Made by a program: the position numbers and the translations under genes. Positions 26,601 to 41,600 of a stretch of DNA of 64,000 nt are shown in pieces; position 1 is the first letter of the stretch, and every line of letters starts with the position of its first letter. The notes beneath the pieces were generated by a model. That model was not told the origin of the DNA. It searched no databases and saw only the letters and a list, made by a program, of their open reading frames with translations. The stretch is from NCBI GenBank assembly GCA_964057225.1, contig OZ059894.1, forward strand, positions 18,414,001 through 18,478,000. Direction: 5' to 3'. This stretch comes from Auanema rhodensis (Eukaryota; Animalia; Nematoda).

Positions 26601-29600
26601 CAGTTGATATCTCGGTGCATTTTTAAGCTAGCGCAAATCTGATAACACAGACCGACGCAGCTTAAAAATCCGCATCGAATGCACTATACTATATTGAGAA
26701 ACGCTTAATACAAATATTAGTTATGATCGTTTGAAAAATGATGCATTAGTGTATGTTGAGTTTCCATGTACACTCAACATTGCTTCCAAAAACATTTTGA
26801 CAAAAATTTTTTCGAAAAATTTCAAAATAATTTAGCAAAAAGTAGATCTTTTTAGATTCCTTTTTTCAAGGCAAAGACGATGGACAATGTTATTCAACGA
26901 AAAAATTAATTCTTCAGGGTGAAAATCGAGGATATAAGTGTGAACTTATATCAGTTGATATCTCGGTGCATTTTTAAGCTAGCGCAAATCTGATAACACA
27001 GATCGACGCAGCTTAAAAATTCGCATCGAATGCACTATACTACATTGAGAAACGCTTAATACAAAAATTAGTTATGATCGTTTGAAAAATGATGCATTAG
27101 TGTATGTTGAGTTTCCATGTACACTCAACATTGCTTCCAAAAACATTTTGACAAAAATTTTTTCGAAAAATTTCAAAATAATTTAGCAAAAAGTAGATCT
27201 TTTTAGATTCCTTTTTTCAAGGCAAAGACGATGGACAATGTTATTCAACGAAAAAATTAATTCTTCAGGGTGAAAATCGAGGATATAAGTGTGAACTTAT
27301 ATCAGTTGATATCTCGGTGCATTTTTAAGCTAGCGCAAATCTGATAACACAGATCGACGCAGCTTAAAAATTCGCATCGAATGCACTATACTACATTGAG
27401 AAACGCTTAATACAAAAATTAGTTATGATCGTTTGAAAAATGATGCATTAGTGTATGTTGAGTTTCCATGTACACTCAACATTGCTTCCAAAAACATTTT
27501 GACAAAAATTTTTTCGAAAAATTTCAAAATAATTTAGCAAAAAGTAGATGTTTTTAGATTCCTTTTTTCAAGGCAAAGACGATGGACAATGTTATTCAAC
27601 GAAAAAATTAATTCTTCAGGGTGAAAATCGAGGATATAAGTGTGAACTTATATCAGTTGATATCTCGGTGCATTTTTAAGCTAGCGCGAATCTGATAACA
27701 CAGATCGACGCAGCTTAAAAATCCGCATCGAATGCACTATACTACATTGAGAAACGCTTAATACAAAAATTAGTTATGATCGTTTGAAAAATGATGCATT
27801 AGTGTATGTTGTGTTTCCATGTACACTCAACATTGCTTCCAAAAACATTTTGACAAAAATTTTTTCGAAAAATTTCAAAATAATTTAGCAAAAAGTAGAT
27901 GTTTTTAGATTCCTTTTTTTAAGGCAAAGACGATGGACAATGTTATTGAACGAAAAAATTAATTCTTCAGGGTGAAAATCGAGGATATAAGTGTGAACTT
28001 ATATCAGTTGATATCTCGGTGCATTTTTAAGCTAGCGCAAATCTGATAACACAGATCGACGCAGCTTAAAAATCCGCATCGAATGCACTATACTACATTG
28101 AGAAACGCTTAATACAAAAATTAGTTATGATCGTTTGAAAAATGATGCATTAGTGTATGTTGTGTTTCCATGTACACTCAACATTGCTTCCAAAAACATT
28201 TTGACAAAAATTTTTTCGAAAAATTTCAAAATAATTTAGCAAAAAGTAGATGTTTTCAGATTCCTTTTTTTAAGGCAAAGACGATGGACAATGTTATTCA
28301 ACGAAAAAATTAATTCTTCAGGGTGAAAATCGAGGATATAAGTGTGAACTTATATCAGTTGATATCTCGGTGCATTTTTAAGCTAGCGCAAATCTGATAA
28401 CACAGACCGACGCAGCTTAAAAATCCGCATCGAATGCACTATACTATATTGAGAAACGCTTAATACAAATATTAGTTATGATCGTTTGAAAAATGATGCA
28501 TTAGTGTATGTTGAGTTTCCATGTACACTCAACATTGCTTCCAAAAACATTTTGACAAAAATTTTTTCGAAAAATTTCAAAATAATTTAGCAAAAAGTAG
28601 ATCTTTTTAGATTCCTTTTTTCAAGGCAAAGACGATGGACAATGTTATTCAACGAAAAAATTAATTCTTCAGGGTGAAAATCGAGGATATAAGTGTGAAC
28701 TTATATCAGTTGATATCTCGGTGCATTTTTAAGCTAGCGCAAATCTGATAACACAGATCGACGCAGCTTAAAAATTCGCATCGAATGCACTATACTACAT
28801 TGAGAAACGCTTAATACAAAAATTAGTTATGATCGTTTGAAAAATGATGCATTAGTGTATGTTGTGTTTCCATGTACACTCAACATTGCTTCCAAAAACA
28901 TTTTGACAAAAATTTTTTCGAAAAATTTCAAAATAATTTAGCAAAAAGTAGATGTTTTCAGATTCCTTTTTTTAAGGCAAAGACGATGGACAATGTTATT
29001 CAACGAAAAAATTAATTCTTCAGGGTGAAAATCGAGGATATAAGTGTGAACTTATATCAGTTGATATCTCGGTGCATTTTTAAGCTAGCGCAAATCTGAT
29101 AACACAGACCGACGCAGCTTAAAAATCCGCATCGAATGCACTATACTATATTGAGAAACGCTTAATACAAATATTAGTTATGATCGTTTGAAAAATGATG
29201 CATTAGTGTATGTTGAGTTTCCATGTACACTCAACATTGCTTCCAAAAACATTTTGACAAAAATTTTTTCGAAAAATTTCAAAATAATTTAGCAAAAAGT
29301 AGATCTTTTTAGATTCCTTTTTTCAAGGCAAAGACGATGGACAATGTTATTCAACGAAAAAATTAATTCTTCAGGGTGAAAATCGAGGATATAAGTGTGA
29401 ACTTATATCAGTTGATATCTCGGTGCATTTTTAAGCTAGCGCAAATCTGATAACACAGATCGACGCAGCTTAAAAATCCGCATCGAATGCACTATACCAC
29501 ATTGAGAAACGCTTAAAACAAAAATTAGTTATGATCGTTTGAAAAATGATGCATTAGTGTATGTTGAGTTTCCATGTACACTCAACATTGCTTCCAAAAA

Positions 29601-32600
29601 CATTTTGACAAAAATTTTTTCGAAAAATTTCAAAATAATTTAGCAAAAAGTAGATGTTTTTAGATTCCTTTTTTCAAGGCAAAGACGATGGACAATGTTA
29701 TTCAACGAAAAAAATAATTCTTCAGGGTGAAAATCGAGGATATAAGTGTGAACTTGTATCAGTTGATATCTCGGTGCATTTTTAAGCTAGCGCAAATCTG
29801 ATAACACAGATCGACGCAGCTTAAAAATTCGCATCGAATGCACTATACTACATTGAGAAACGCTTAATACAAAAATTAGTTATGATCGTTTGAAAAATGA
29901 TGCATTAGTGTATGTTGAGTTTCCATGTACACTCAACATTGCTTCCAAAAACATTTTGACAAAAATTTTTTCGAAAAATTTCAAAATAATTTAGCAAAAA
30001 GTAGATGTTTTTAGATTCCTTTTTTCAAGGCAAAGACGATGGACAATGTTATTCAACGAAAAAATTAATTCTTCAGGGTGAAAATCGAGGATATAAGTGT
30101 GAACTTATATCAGTTGATATCTCGGTGCATTTTTAAGCTAGCGCAAATCTGATAACACAGATCGACGCAGCTTAAAAATTCGCATCGAATGCACTATACT
30201 ACATTGAGAAACGCTTAATACAAAAATTAGTTATGATCGTTTGAAAAATGATGCATTAGTGTATGTTGAGTTTCCATGTACACTCAACATTGCTTCCAAA
30301 AACATTTTGACAAAAATTTTTTCGAAAAATTTCAAAATAATTTAGCAAAAAGTAGATCTTTTTAGATTCCTTTTTTCAAGGCAAAGACGATGGACAATGT
30401 TATTCAACGAAAAAATTAATTCTTCAGGGTGAAAATCGAGGATATAAGTGTGAACTTATATCAGTTGATATCTCGGTGCATTTTTAAGCTAGCGCAAATC
30501 TGATAACACAGATCGACGCAGCTTAAAAATTCGCATCGAATGCACTATACTACATTGAGAAACGCTTAATACAAAAATTAGTTATGATCGTTTGAAAAAT
30601 GATGCATTAGTGTATGTTGAGTTTCCATGTACACTCAACATTGCTTCCAAAAACATTTTGACAAAAATTTTTTCGAAAAATTTCAAAATAATTTAGCAAA
30701 AAGTAGATCTTTTTAGATTCCTTTTTTCAAGGCAAAGACGATGGACAATGTTATTCAACGAAAAAATTAATTCTTCAGGGTGAAAATCGAGGATATAAGT
30801 GTGAACTTATATCAGTTGATATCTCGGTGCATTTTTAAGCTAGCGCAAATCTGATAACACAGATCGACGCAGCTTAAAAATCCGCATCGAATGCACTATA
30901 CCACATTGAGAAACGCTTAAAACAAAAATTAGTTATGATCGTTTGAAAAATGATGCATTAGTGTATGTTGAGTTTCCATGTACACTCAACATTGCTTCCA
31001 AAAACATTTTGACAAAAATTTTTTCGAAAAATTTCAAAATAATTTAGCAAAAAGTAGATGTTTTTAGATTCCTTTTTTCAAGGCAAAGACGATGGACAAT
31101 GTTATTCAACGAAAAAAATAATTCTTCAGGGTGAAAATCGAGGATATAAGTGTGAACTTATATCAGTTGATATCTCGGTGCATTTTTAAGCTAGCGCAAA
31201 TCTGATAACACAGATCGACGCAGCTTAAAAATTCGCATCGAATGCACTATACTACATTGAGAAACGCTTAATACAAAAATTAGTTATGATCGTTTGAAAA
31301 ATGATGCATTAGTGTATGTTGAGTTTCCATGTACACTCAACATTGCTTCCAAAAACATTTTGACAAAAATTTTTTCGAAAAATTTCAAAATAATTTAGCA
31401 AAAAGTAGATGTTTTTAGATTCCTTTTTTCAAGGCAAAGACGATGGACAATGTTATTCAACGAAAAAATTAATTCTTCAGGGTGAAAATCGAGGATATAA
31501 GTGTAAACTTATATCAGTTGATATCTCGGTGCATTTTTAAGCTAGCGCAAATCTGATAACACAGATCGACGCAGCTTAAAAATCCGCATCGAATGCACTA
31601 TACCACATTGAGAAACGCTTAAAACAAAAATTAGTTATGATCGTTTGAAAAATGATGCATTAGTGTATGTTGAGTTTCCATGTACACTCAACATTGCTTC
31701 CAAAAACATTTTGACAAAAATTTTTTCGAAAAATTTCAAAATAATTTAGCAAAAAGTAGATGTTTTTAGATTCCTTTTTTCAAGGCAAAGACGATGGACA
31801 ATGTTATTCAACGAAAAAAATAATTCTTCAGGGTGAAAATCGAGGATATAAGTGTGAACTTATATCAGTTGATATCTCGGTGCATTTTTAAGCTAGCGCA
31901 AATCTGATAACACAGATCGACGCAGCTTAAAAATTCGCATCGAATGCACTATACTACATTGAGAAACGCTTAAAACAAAAATTAGTTATGATCGTTTGAA
32001 AAATGATGCATTAGTGTATGTTGTGTTTCCATGTACACTCAACATTGCTTCCAAAAACATTTTGACAAACATTTTTTCGAAAAATTTCAAAATAATTTAG
32101 CAAAAAGTAGATGTTTTTAGATTCCTTTTTTTAAGGCAAAGACGATGGACAATGTTATTGAACGAAAAAATTAATTCTTCAGGGTGAAAATCGAGGATAT
32201 AAGTGTGAACTTATATCAGTTGATATCTCGGTGCATTTTTAAGCTAGCGCAAATCTGATAACACAGATCGACGCAGCTTAAAAATCCGCATCGAATGCAC
32301 TATACCACATTGAGAAACGCTTAATACAAAAATTAGTTATGATCGTTTGAAAAATGATGCATTAGTGTATGTTGAGTTTCCATGTACACTCAACATTGCT
32401 TCCAAAAACATTTTGACAAAAATTTTTTCGAAAAATTTCAAAATAATTTAGCAAAAAGTAGATGTTTTTAGATTCCTTTTTTCAAGGCAAAGACGATGGA
32501 CAATGTTATTCAACGAAAAAATTAATTCTTCAGGGTGAAAATCGAGGATATAAGTGTGAACTTATATCAGTTGATATCTCGGTGCATTTTTAAGCTAGCG

Positions 32601-35600
32601 CAAATCTGATAACACAGATCGACGCAGCTTAAAAATTCGCATCGAATGCACTATACTACATTGAGAAACGCTTAATACAAAAATTAGTTATGATCGTTTG
32701 AAAAATGATGCATTAGTGTATGTTGAGTTTCCATGTACACTCAACATTGCTTCCAAAAACATTTTGACAAAAATTTTTTCGAAAAATTTCAAAATAATTT
32801 AGCAAAAAGTAGATCTTTTTAGATTCCTTTTTTCAAGGCAAAGACGATGGACAATGTTATTCAACGAAAAAATTAATTCTTCAGGGTGAAAATCGAGGAT
32901 ATAAGTGTGAACTTATATCAGTTGATATCTCGGTGCATTTTTAAGCTAGCGCAAATCTGATAACACAGATCGACGCAGCTTAAAAATCCGCATCGAATGC
33001 ACTATACCACATTGAGAAACGCTTAAAACAAAAATTAGTTATGATCGTTTGAAAAATGATGCATTAGTGTATGTTGAGTTTCCATGTACACTCAACATTG
33101 CTTCCAAAAACATTTTGACAAAAATTTTTTCGAAAAATTTCAAAATAATTTAGCAAAAAGTAGATGTTTTTAGATTCCTTTTTTCAAGGCAAAGACGATG
33201 GACAATGTTATTCAACGAAAAAAATAATTCTTCAGGGTGAAAATCGAGGATATAAGTGTGAACTTATATCAGTTGATATCTCGGTGCATTTTTAAGCTAG
33301 CGCAAATCTGATAACACAGATCGACGCAGCTTAAAAATTCGCATCGAATGCACTATACTACATTGAGAAACGCTTAATACAAAAATTAGTTATGATCGTT
33401 TGAAAAATGATGCATTAGTGTATGTTGAGTTTCCATGTACACTCAACATTGCTTCCAAAAACATTTTGACAAAAATTTTTTCGAAAAATTTCAAAATAAT
33501 TTAGCAAAAAGTAGATGTTTTTAGATTCCTTTTTTCAAGGCAAAGACGATGGACAATGTTATTCAACGAAAAAATTAATTCTTCAGGGTGAAAATCGAGG
33601 ATATAAGTGTAAACTTATATCAGTTGATATCTCGGTGCATTTTTAAGCTAGCGCAAATCTGATAACACAGATCGACGCAGCTTAAAAATCCGCATCGAAT
33701 GCACTATACCACATTGAGAAACGCTTAAAACAAAAATTAGTTATGATCGTTTGAAAAATGATGCATTAGTGTATGTTGAGTTTCCATGTACACTCAACAT
33801 TGCTTCCAAAAACATTTTGACAAAAATTTTTTCGAAAAATTTCAAAATAATTTAGCAAAAAGTAGATGTTTTTAGATTCCTTTTTTCAAGGCAAAGACGA
33901 TGGACAATGTTATTCAACGAAAAAATTAATTCTTCAGGGTGAAAATCGAGGATATAAGTGTGAACTTATATCAGTTGATATCTCGGTGCATTTTTAAGCT
34001 AGCGCAAATCTGATAACACAGATCGACGCAGCTTAAAAATTCGCATCGAATGCACTATACTACATTGAGAAACGCTTAATACAAAAATTAGTTATGATCG
34101 TTTGAAAAATGATGCATTAGTGTATGTTGAGTTTCCATGTACACTCAACATTGCTTCCAAAAACATTTTGACAAAAATTTTTTCGAAAAATTTCAAAATA
34201 ATTTAGCAAAAAGTAGATCTTTTTAGATTCCTTTTTTCAAGGCAAAGACGATGGACAATGTTATTCAACGAAAAAATTAATTCTTCAGGGTGAAAATCGA
34301 GGATATAAGTGTGAACTTATATCAGTTGATATCTCGGTGCATTTTTAAGCTAGCGCAAATCTGATAACACAGATCGACTCAGCTTAAAAATTCGCATCGA
34401 ATGCACTATACTACATTGAGAAACGCTTAATACAAAAATTAGTTATGATCGTTTGAAAAATGATGCATTAGTGTATGTTGAGTTTCCATGTACACTCAAC
34501 ATTGCTTCCAAAAACATTTTGACAAAAATTTTTTCGAAAAATTTCAAAATAATTTAGCAAAAAGTAGATCTTTTTAGATTCCTTTTTTCAAGGCAAAGAC
34601 GATGGCCAATGTTATTCAACGAAAAAATTAATTCTTCAGGGTGAAAATCGAGGATATAAGTGTGAACTTATATCAGTTGATATCTCGGTGCATTTTTAAG
34701 CTAGCGCAAATCTGATAACACAGATCGACGCAGCTTAAAAATCCGCATCGAATGCACTATACCACATTGAGAAACGCTTAAAACAAAAATTAGTTATGAT
34801 CGTTTGAAAAATGATGCATTAGTGTATGTTGAGTTTCCATGTACACTCAACATTGCTTCCAAAAACATTTTGACAAAAATTTTTTCGAAAAATTTCAAAA
34901 TAATTTAGCAAAAAGTAGATGTTTTTAGATTCCTTTTTTCAAGGCAAAGACGATGGACAATGTTATTCAACGAAAAAAATAATTCTTCAGGGTGAAAATC
35001 GAGGATATAAGTGTGAACTTATATCAGTTGATATCTCGGTGCATTTTTAAGCTAGCGCAAATCTGATAACACAGATCGACGCAGCTTAAAAATTCGCATC
35101 GAATGCACTATACTACATTGAGAAACGCTTAATACAAAAATTAGTTATGATCGTTTGAAAAATGATGCATTAGTGTATGTTGAGTTTCCATGTACACTCA
35201 ACATTGCTTCCAAAAACATTTTGACAAAAATTTTTTCGAAAAATTTCAAAATAATTTAGCAAAAAGTAGATGTTTTTAGATTCCTTTTTTCAAGGCAAAG
35301 ACGATGGACAATGTTATTCAACGAAAAAAATAATTCTTCAGGGTGAAAATCGAGGATATAAGTGTGAACTTATATCAGTTGATATCTCGGTGCATTTTTA
35401 AGCTAGCGCAAATCTGATAACACAGATCGACGCAGCTTAAAAATTCGCATCGAATGCACTATACTACATTGAGAAACGCTTAATACAAAAATTAGTTATG
35501 ATCGTTTGAAAAATGATGCATTAGTGTATGTTGAGTTTCCATGTACACTCAACATTGCTTCCAAAAACATTTTGACAAAAATTTTTTCGAAAAATTTCAA

Positions 35601-38600
35601 AATAATTTAGCAAAAAGTAGATGTTTTTAGATTCCTTTTTTCAAGGCAAAGACGATGGACAATGTTATTCAACGAAAAAATTGATTCTTCAGGGTGAAAA
35701 TCGAGGATATAAGTGTGAACTTATATCAGTTGATATCTCGGTGCATTTTTAAGCTAGCGCAAATCTGATAACACAGATCGACGCAGCTTAACAATTCGCA
35801 TCGAATGCACTATACTACATTGAGAAACGCTTAATACAAAAATTAGTTATGATCGTTTGAAAAATGATGCATTAGTGTATGTTGAGTTTCCATGTACACT
35901 CAACATTGCTTCCAAAAACATTTTGACAAAAATTTTTTCGAAAAATTTCAAAATAATTTAGCAAAAAGTAGATGTTTTTAGATTCCTTTTTTCAAGGCAA
36001 AGAGGATGGACAATGTTATTCAACGAAAAAATTAATTCTTCAGGGTGAAAATCGAGGATATAAGTGTAAACTTATATCAGTTGATATCTCGGTGCATTTT
36101 TAAGCTAGCGCAAATCTGATAACACAGATCGACGCAGCTTAAAAATCCGCATCGAATGCACTATACCACATTGAGAAACGCTTAAAACAAAAATTAGTTA
36201 TGATCGTTTGAAAAATGATGCATTAGTGTATGTTGAGTTTCCATGTACACTCAACATTGCTTCCAAAAACATTTTGACAAAAATTTTTTCGAAAAATTTC
36301 AAAATAATTTAGCAAAAAGTAGATGTTTTTAGATTCCTTTTTTCAAGGCAAAGACGATGGACAATGTTATTCAACGAAAAAATTAATTCTTCAGGGTGAA
36401 AATCGAGGATATAAGTGTGAACTTATATCAGTTGATATCTCGGTGCATTTTTAAGCTAGCGCAAATCTGATAACACAGATCGACGCAGCTTAACAATTCG
36501 CATCGAATGCACTATACTACATTGAGAAACGCTTAATACAAAAATTAGTTATGATCGTTTGAAAAATGATGCATTAGTGTATGTTGAGTTTCCATGTACA
36601 CTCAACATTGCTTCCAAAAACATTTTGACAAAAATTTTTTCGAAAAATTTCAAAATAATTTAGCAAAAAGTAGATGTTTTTAGATTCCTTTTTTCAAGGC
36701 AAAGACGATGGACAATGTTATTCAACGAAAAAATTAATTCTTCAGGGTGAAAATCGAGGATATAAGTGTGAACTTATATCAGTTGATATCTCGGTGCATT
36801 TTTAAGCTAGCGCAAATCTGATAACACAGATCGACGCAGCTTAAAAATCCGCATCGAGTGCACTATACCACATTGAGAAACGCTTAAAACAAAAATTAGT
36901 TATGATCGTTTGAAAAATGATGCATTAGTGTATGTTGAGTTTCCATGTACACTCAACATTGCTTCCAAAAACATTTTGACAAAAATTTTTTCGAAAAATT
37001 TCAAAATAATTTAGCAAAAAGTAGATGTTTTTAGATTCCTTTTTTCAAGGCAAAGACGATGGACAATGTTATTCAACGAAAAAAATAATTCTTCAGGGTG
37101 AAAATCGAGGATATAAGTGTGAACTTATATCAGTTGATATCTCGGTGCATTTTTAAGCTAGCGCAAATCTGATAACACAGATCGACGCAGCTTAAAGATT
37201 CGCATCGAATGCACTATACTACATTGAGAAACGCTTAATACAAAAATTAGTTATGATCGTTTGAAAAATGATGCATTAGTGTATGTTGAGTTTCCATGTA
37301 CACTCAACATTGCTTCCAAAAACATTTTGACAAAAATTTTTTCGAAAAATTTCAAAATAATTTAGCAAAAAGTAGATGTTTTTAGATTCCTTTTTTCAAG
37401 GCAAAGACGATGGACAATGTTATTCAACGAAAAAAATAATTCTTCAGGGTGAAAATCGAGGATATAAGTGTGAACTTATATCAGTTGATATCTCGGTGCA
37501 TTTTTAAGCTAGCGCAAATCTGATAACACAGATCGACGCAGCTTAAAAATTCGCATCGAATGCACTATACTACATTGAGAAACGCTTAATACAAAAATTA
37601 GTTATGATCGTTTGAAAAATGATGCATTAGTGTATGTTGAGTTTCCATGTACACTCAACATTGCTTCCAAAAACATTTTGACAAAAATTTTTTCGAAAAA
37701 TTTCAAAATAATTTAGCAAAAAGTAGATGTTTTTAGATTCCTTTTTTTAAGGCAAAGACGATGGACAATGTTATTCAACGAAAAAATTAATTCTTCAGGG
37801 TGAAAATCGAGGATATAAGTGTGAACTTATATCAGTTGATATCTCGGTGCATTTTTAAGCTAGCGCAAATCTGATAACACAGATCGACGCAGCTTAAAAA
37901 TTCGCATCGAATACACTATACTACATTGAGAAACGCTTAATACAAAAATTAGTTATGATCGTTTGAAAAATGATGCATTAGTGTATGTTGAGTTTCCATG
38001 TACACTCAACATTGCTTCCAAAAACATTTTGACAAAAATTTTTTCGAAAAATTTCAAAATAATTTAGCAAAAAGTAGATCTTTTTAGATTCCTTTTTTCG
38101 AGGCAAAGACGATGGACAATGTTATTCAACGAAAAAATTAATTCTTCAGGGTGAAAATCGAGGATATAAGTGTGAACTTATATCAGTTGATATCTCGGTG
38201 CATTTTTAAGCTAGCGCAAATCTGATAACACAGATCGACGCAGCTTAACAATTCGCATCGAATGCACTATACTACATTGAGAAACGCTTAATACAAAAAT
38301 TAGTTATGATCGTTTGAAAAATGATGCATTAGTGTATGTTGAGTTTCCATGTACACTCAACATTGCTTCCAAAAACATTTTGACAAAAATTTTTTCGAAA
38401 AATTTCAAAATAATTTAGCAAAAAGTAGATGTTTTTAGATTCCTTTTTTCAAGGCAAAGACGATGGACAATGTTATTCAACGAAAAAATTAATTCTTCAG
38501 GGTGAAAATCGAGGATATAAGTGTGAACTTATATCAGTTGATATCTCGGTGCATTTTTAAGCTAGCGCAAATCTGATAACACAGATCGACGCAGCTTAAA

Positions 38601-41600
38601 AATCCGCATCGAATGCACTATACCACATTGAGAAACGCTTAAAACAAAAATTAGTTATGATCGTTTGAAAAATGATGCATTAGTGTATGTTGAGTTTCCA
38701 TGTACACTCAACATTGCTTCCAAAAACATTTTGACAAAAATTTTTTCGAAAAATTTCAAAATAATTTAGCAAAAAGTAGATGTTTTTAGATTCCTTTTTT
38801 CAAGGCAAAGACGATGGACAATGTTATTCAACGAAAAAATTAATTCTTCAGGGTGAAAATCGAGGATATAAGTGTGAACTTATATCAGTTGATATCTCGG
38901 TGCATTTTTAAGCTAGCGCAAATCTGATAACACAGATCGACGCAGCTTAAAAATCCGCATCGAATGCACTATACCACATTGAGAAACGCTTAAAACAAAA
39001 ATTAGTTATGATCGTTTGAAAAATGATGCATTAGTGTATGTTGAGTTTCCATGTACACTCAACATTGCTTCCAAAAACATTTTGACAAAAATTTTTTCGA
39101 AAAATTTCAAAATAATTTAGCAAAAAGTAGATGTTTTTAGATTCCTTTTTTCAAGGCAAAGACGATGGACAATGTTATTCAACGAAAAAAATAATTCTTC
39201 AGGGTGAAAATCGAGGATATAAGTGTGAACTTATATCAGTTGATATCTCGGTGCATTTTTAAGCTAGCGCAAATCTGATAACACAGATCGACGCAGCTTA
39301 AAGATTCGCATCGAATGCACTATACTACATTGAGAAACGCTTAATACAAAAATTAGTTATGATCGTTTGAAAAATGATGCATTAGTGTATGTTGAGTTTC
39401 CATGTACACTCAACATTGCTTCCAAAAACATTTTGACAAAAATTTTTTCGAAAAATTTCAAAATAATTTAGCAAAAAGTAGATGTTTTTAGATTCCTTTT
39501 TTCAAGGCAAAGACGATGGACAATGTTATTCAACGAAAAAAATAATTCTTCAGGGTGAAAATCGAGGATATAAGTGTGAACTTATATCAGTTGATATCTC
39601 GGTGCATTTTTAAGCTAGCGCAAATCTGATAACACAGATCGACGCAGCTTAAAAATTCGCATCGAATGCACTATACTACATTGAGAAACGCTTAATACAA
39701 AAATTAGTTATGATCGTTTGAAAAATGATGCATTAGTGTATGTTGAGTTTCCATGTACACTCAACATTGCTTCCAAAAACATTTTGACAAAAATTTTTTC
39801 GAAAAATTTCAAAATAATTTAGCAAAAAGTAGATGTTTTTAGATTCCTTTTTTCAAGGCAAAGACGATGGACAATGTTATTCAACGAAAAAAATAATTCT
39901 TCAGGGTGAAAATCGAGGATATAAGTGTGAACTTATATCAGTTGATATCTCGGTGCATTTTTAAGCTAGCGCAAATCTGATAACACAGATCGACGCAGCT
40001 TAAAAATTCGCATCGAATGCACTATACTACATTGAGAAACGCTTAATACAAAAATTAGTTATGATCGTTTGAAAAATGATGCATTAGTGTATGTTGAGTT
40101 TCCATGTACACTCAACATTGCTTCCAAAAACATTTTGACAAAAATTTTTTCGAAAAATTTCAAAATAATTTAGCAAAAAGTAGATGTTTTTAGATTCCTT
40201 TTTTTAAGGCAAAGACGATGGACAATGTTATTCAACGAAAAAATTAATTCTTCAGGGTGAAAATCGAGGATATAAGTGTGAACTTATATCAGTTGATATC
40301 TCGGTGCATTTTTAAGCTAGCGCAAATCTGATAACACAGATCGACGCAGCTTAAAAATTCGCATCGAATGCACTATACTACATTGAGAAACGCTTAATAC
40401 AAAAATTAGTTATGATCGTTTGAAAAATGATGCATTAGTGTATGTTGAGTTTCCATGTACACTCAACATTGCTTCCAAAAACATTTTGACAAAAATTTTT
40501 TCGAAAAATTTCAAAATAATTTAGCAAAAAGTAGATGTTTTTAGATTCCTTTTTTTAAGGCAAAGACGATGGACAATGTTATTCAACGAAAAAATTAATT
40601 CTTCAGGGTGAAAATCGAGGATATAAGTGTGAACTTATATCAGTTGATATCTCGGTGCATTTTTAAGCTAGCGCAAATCTGATAACACAGATCGACGCAG
40701 CTTAAAAATTCGCATCGAATGCACTATACTACATTGAGAAACGCTTAATACAAAAATTAGTTATGATCGTTTGAAAAATGATGCATTAGTGTATGTTGAG
40801 TTTCCATGTACACTCAACATTGCTTCCAAAAACATTTTGACAAAAATTTTTTCGAAAAATTTCAAAATAATTTAGCAAAAAGTAGATGTTTTTAGATTCC
40901 TTTTTTTAAGGCAAAGACGATGGACAATGTTATTCAACGAAAAAATTAATTCTTCAGGGTGAAAATCGAGGATATAAGTGTGAACTTATATCAGTTGATA
41001 TCTCGGTGCATTTTTAAGCTAGCGCAAATCTGATAACACAGATCGACGCAGCTTAAAAATTCGCATCGAATGCACTATACTACATTGAGAAACGCTTAAT
41101 ACAAAAATTAGTTATGATCGTTTGAAAAATGATGCATTAGTGTATGTTGAGTTTCCATGTACACTCAACATTGCTTCCAAAAACATTTTGACAAAAATTT
41201 TTTCGAAAAATTTCAAAATAATTTAGCAAAAAGTAGATGTTTTTAGATTCCTTTTTTCAAGGCAAAGACGATGGACAATGTTATTCAACGAAAAAATTAA
41301 TTCTTCAGGGTGAAAATCGAGGATATAAGTGTGAACTTATATCAGTTGATATCTCGGTGCATTTTTAAGCTAGCGCAAATCTGATAACACAGATCGACGC
41401 AGCTTAAAAATTCGCATCGAATGCACTATACTACATTGAGAAACGCTTAATACAAAAATTAGTTATGATCGTTTGAAAAATGATGCATTAGTGTATGTTG
41501 AGTTTCCATGTACACTCAACATTGCTTCCAAAAACATTTTGACAAAAATTTTTTCGAAAAATTTCAAAATAATTTAGCAAAAAGTAGATGTTTTTAGATT

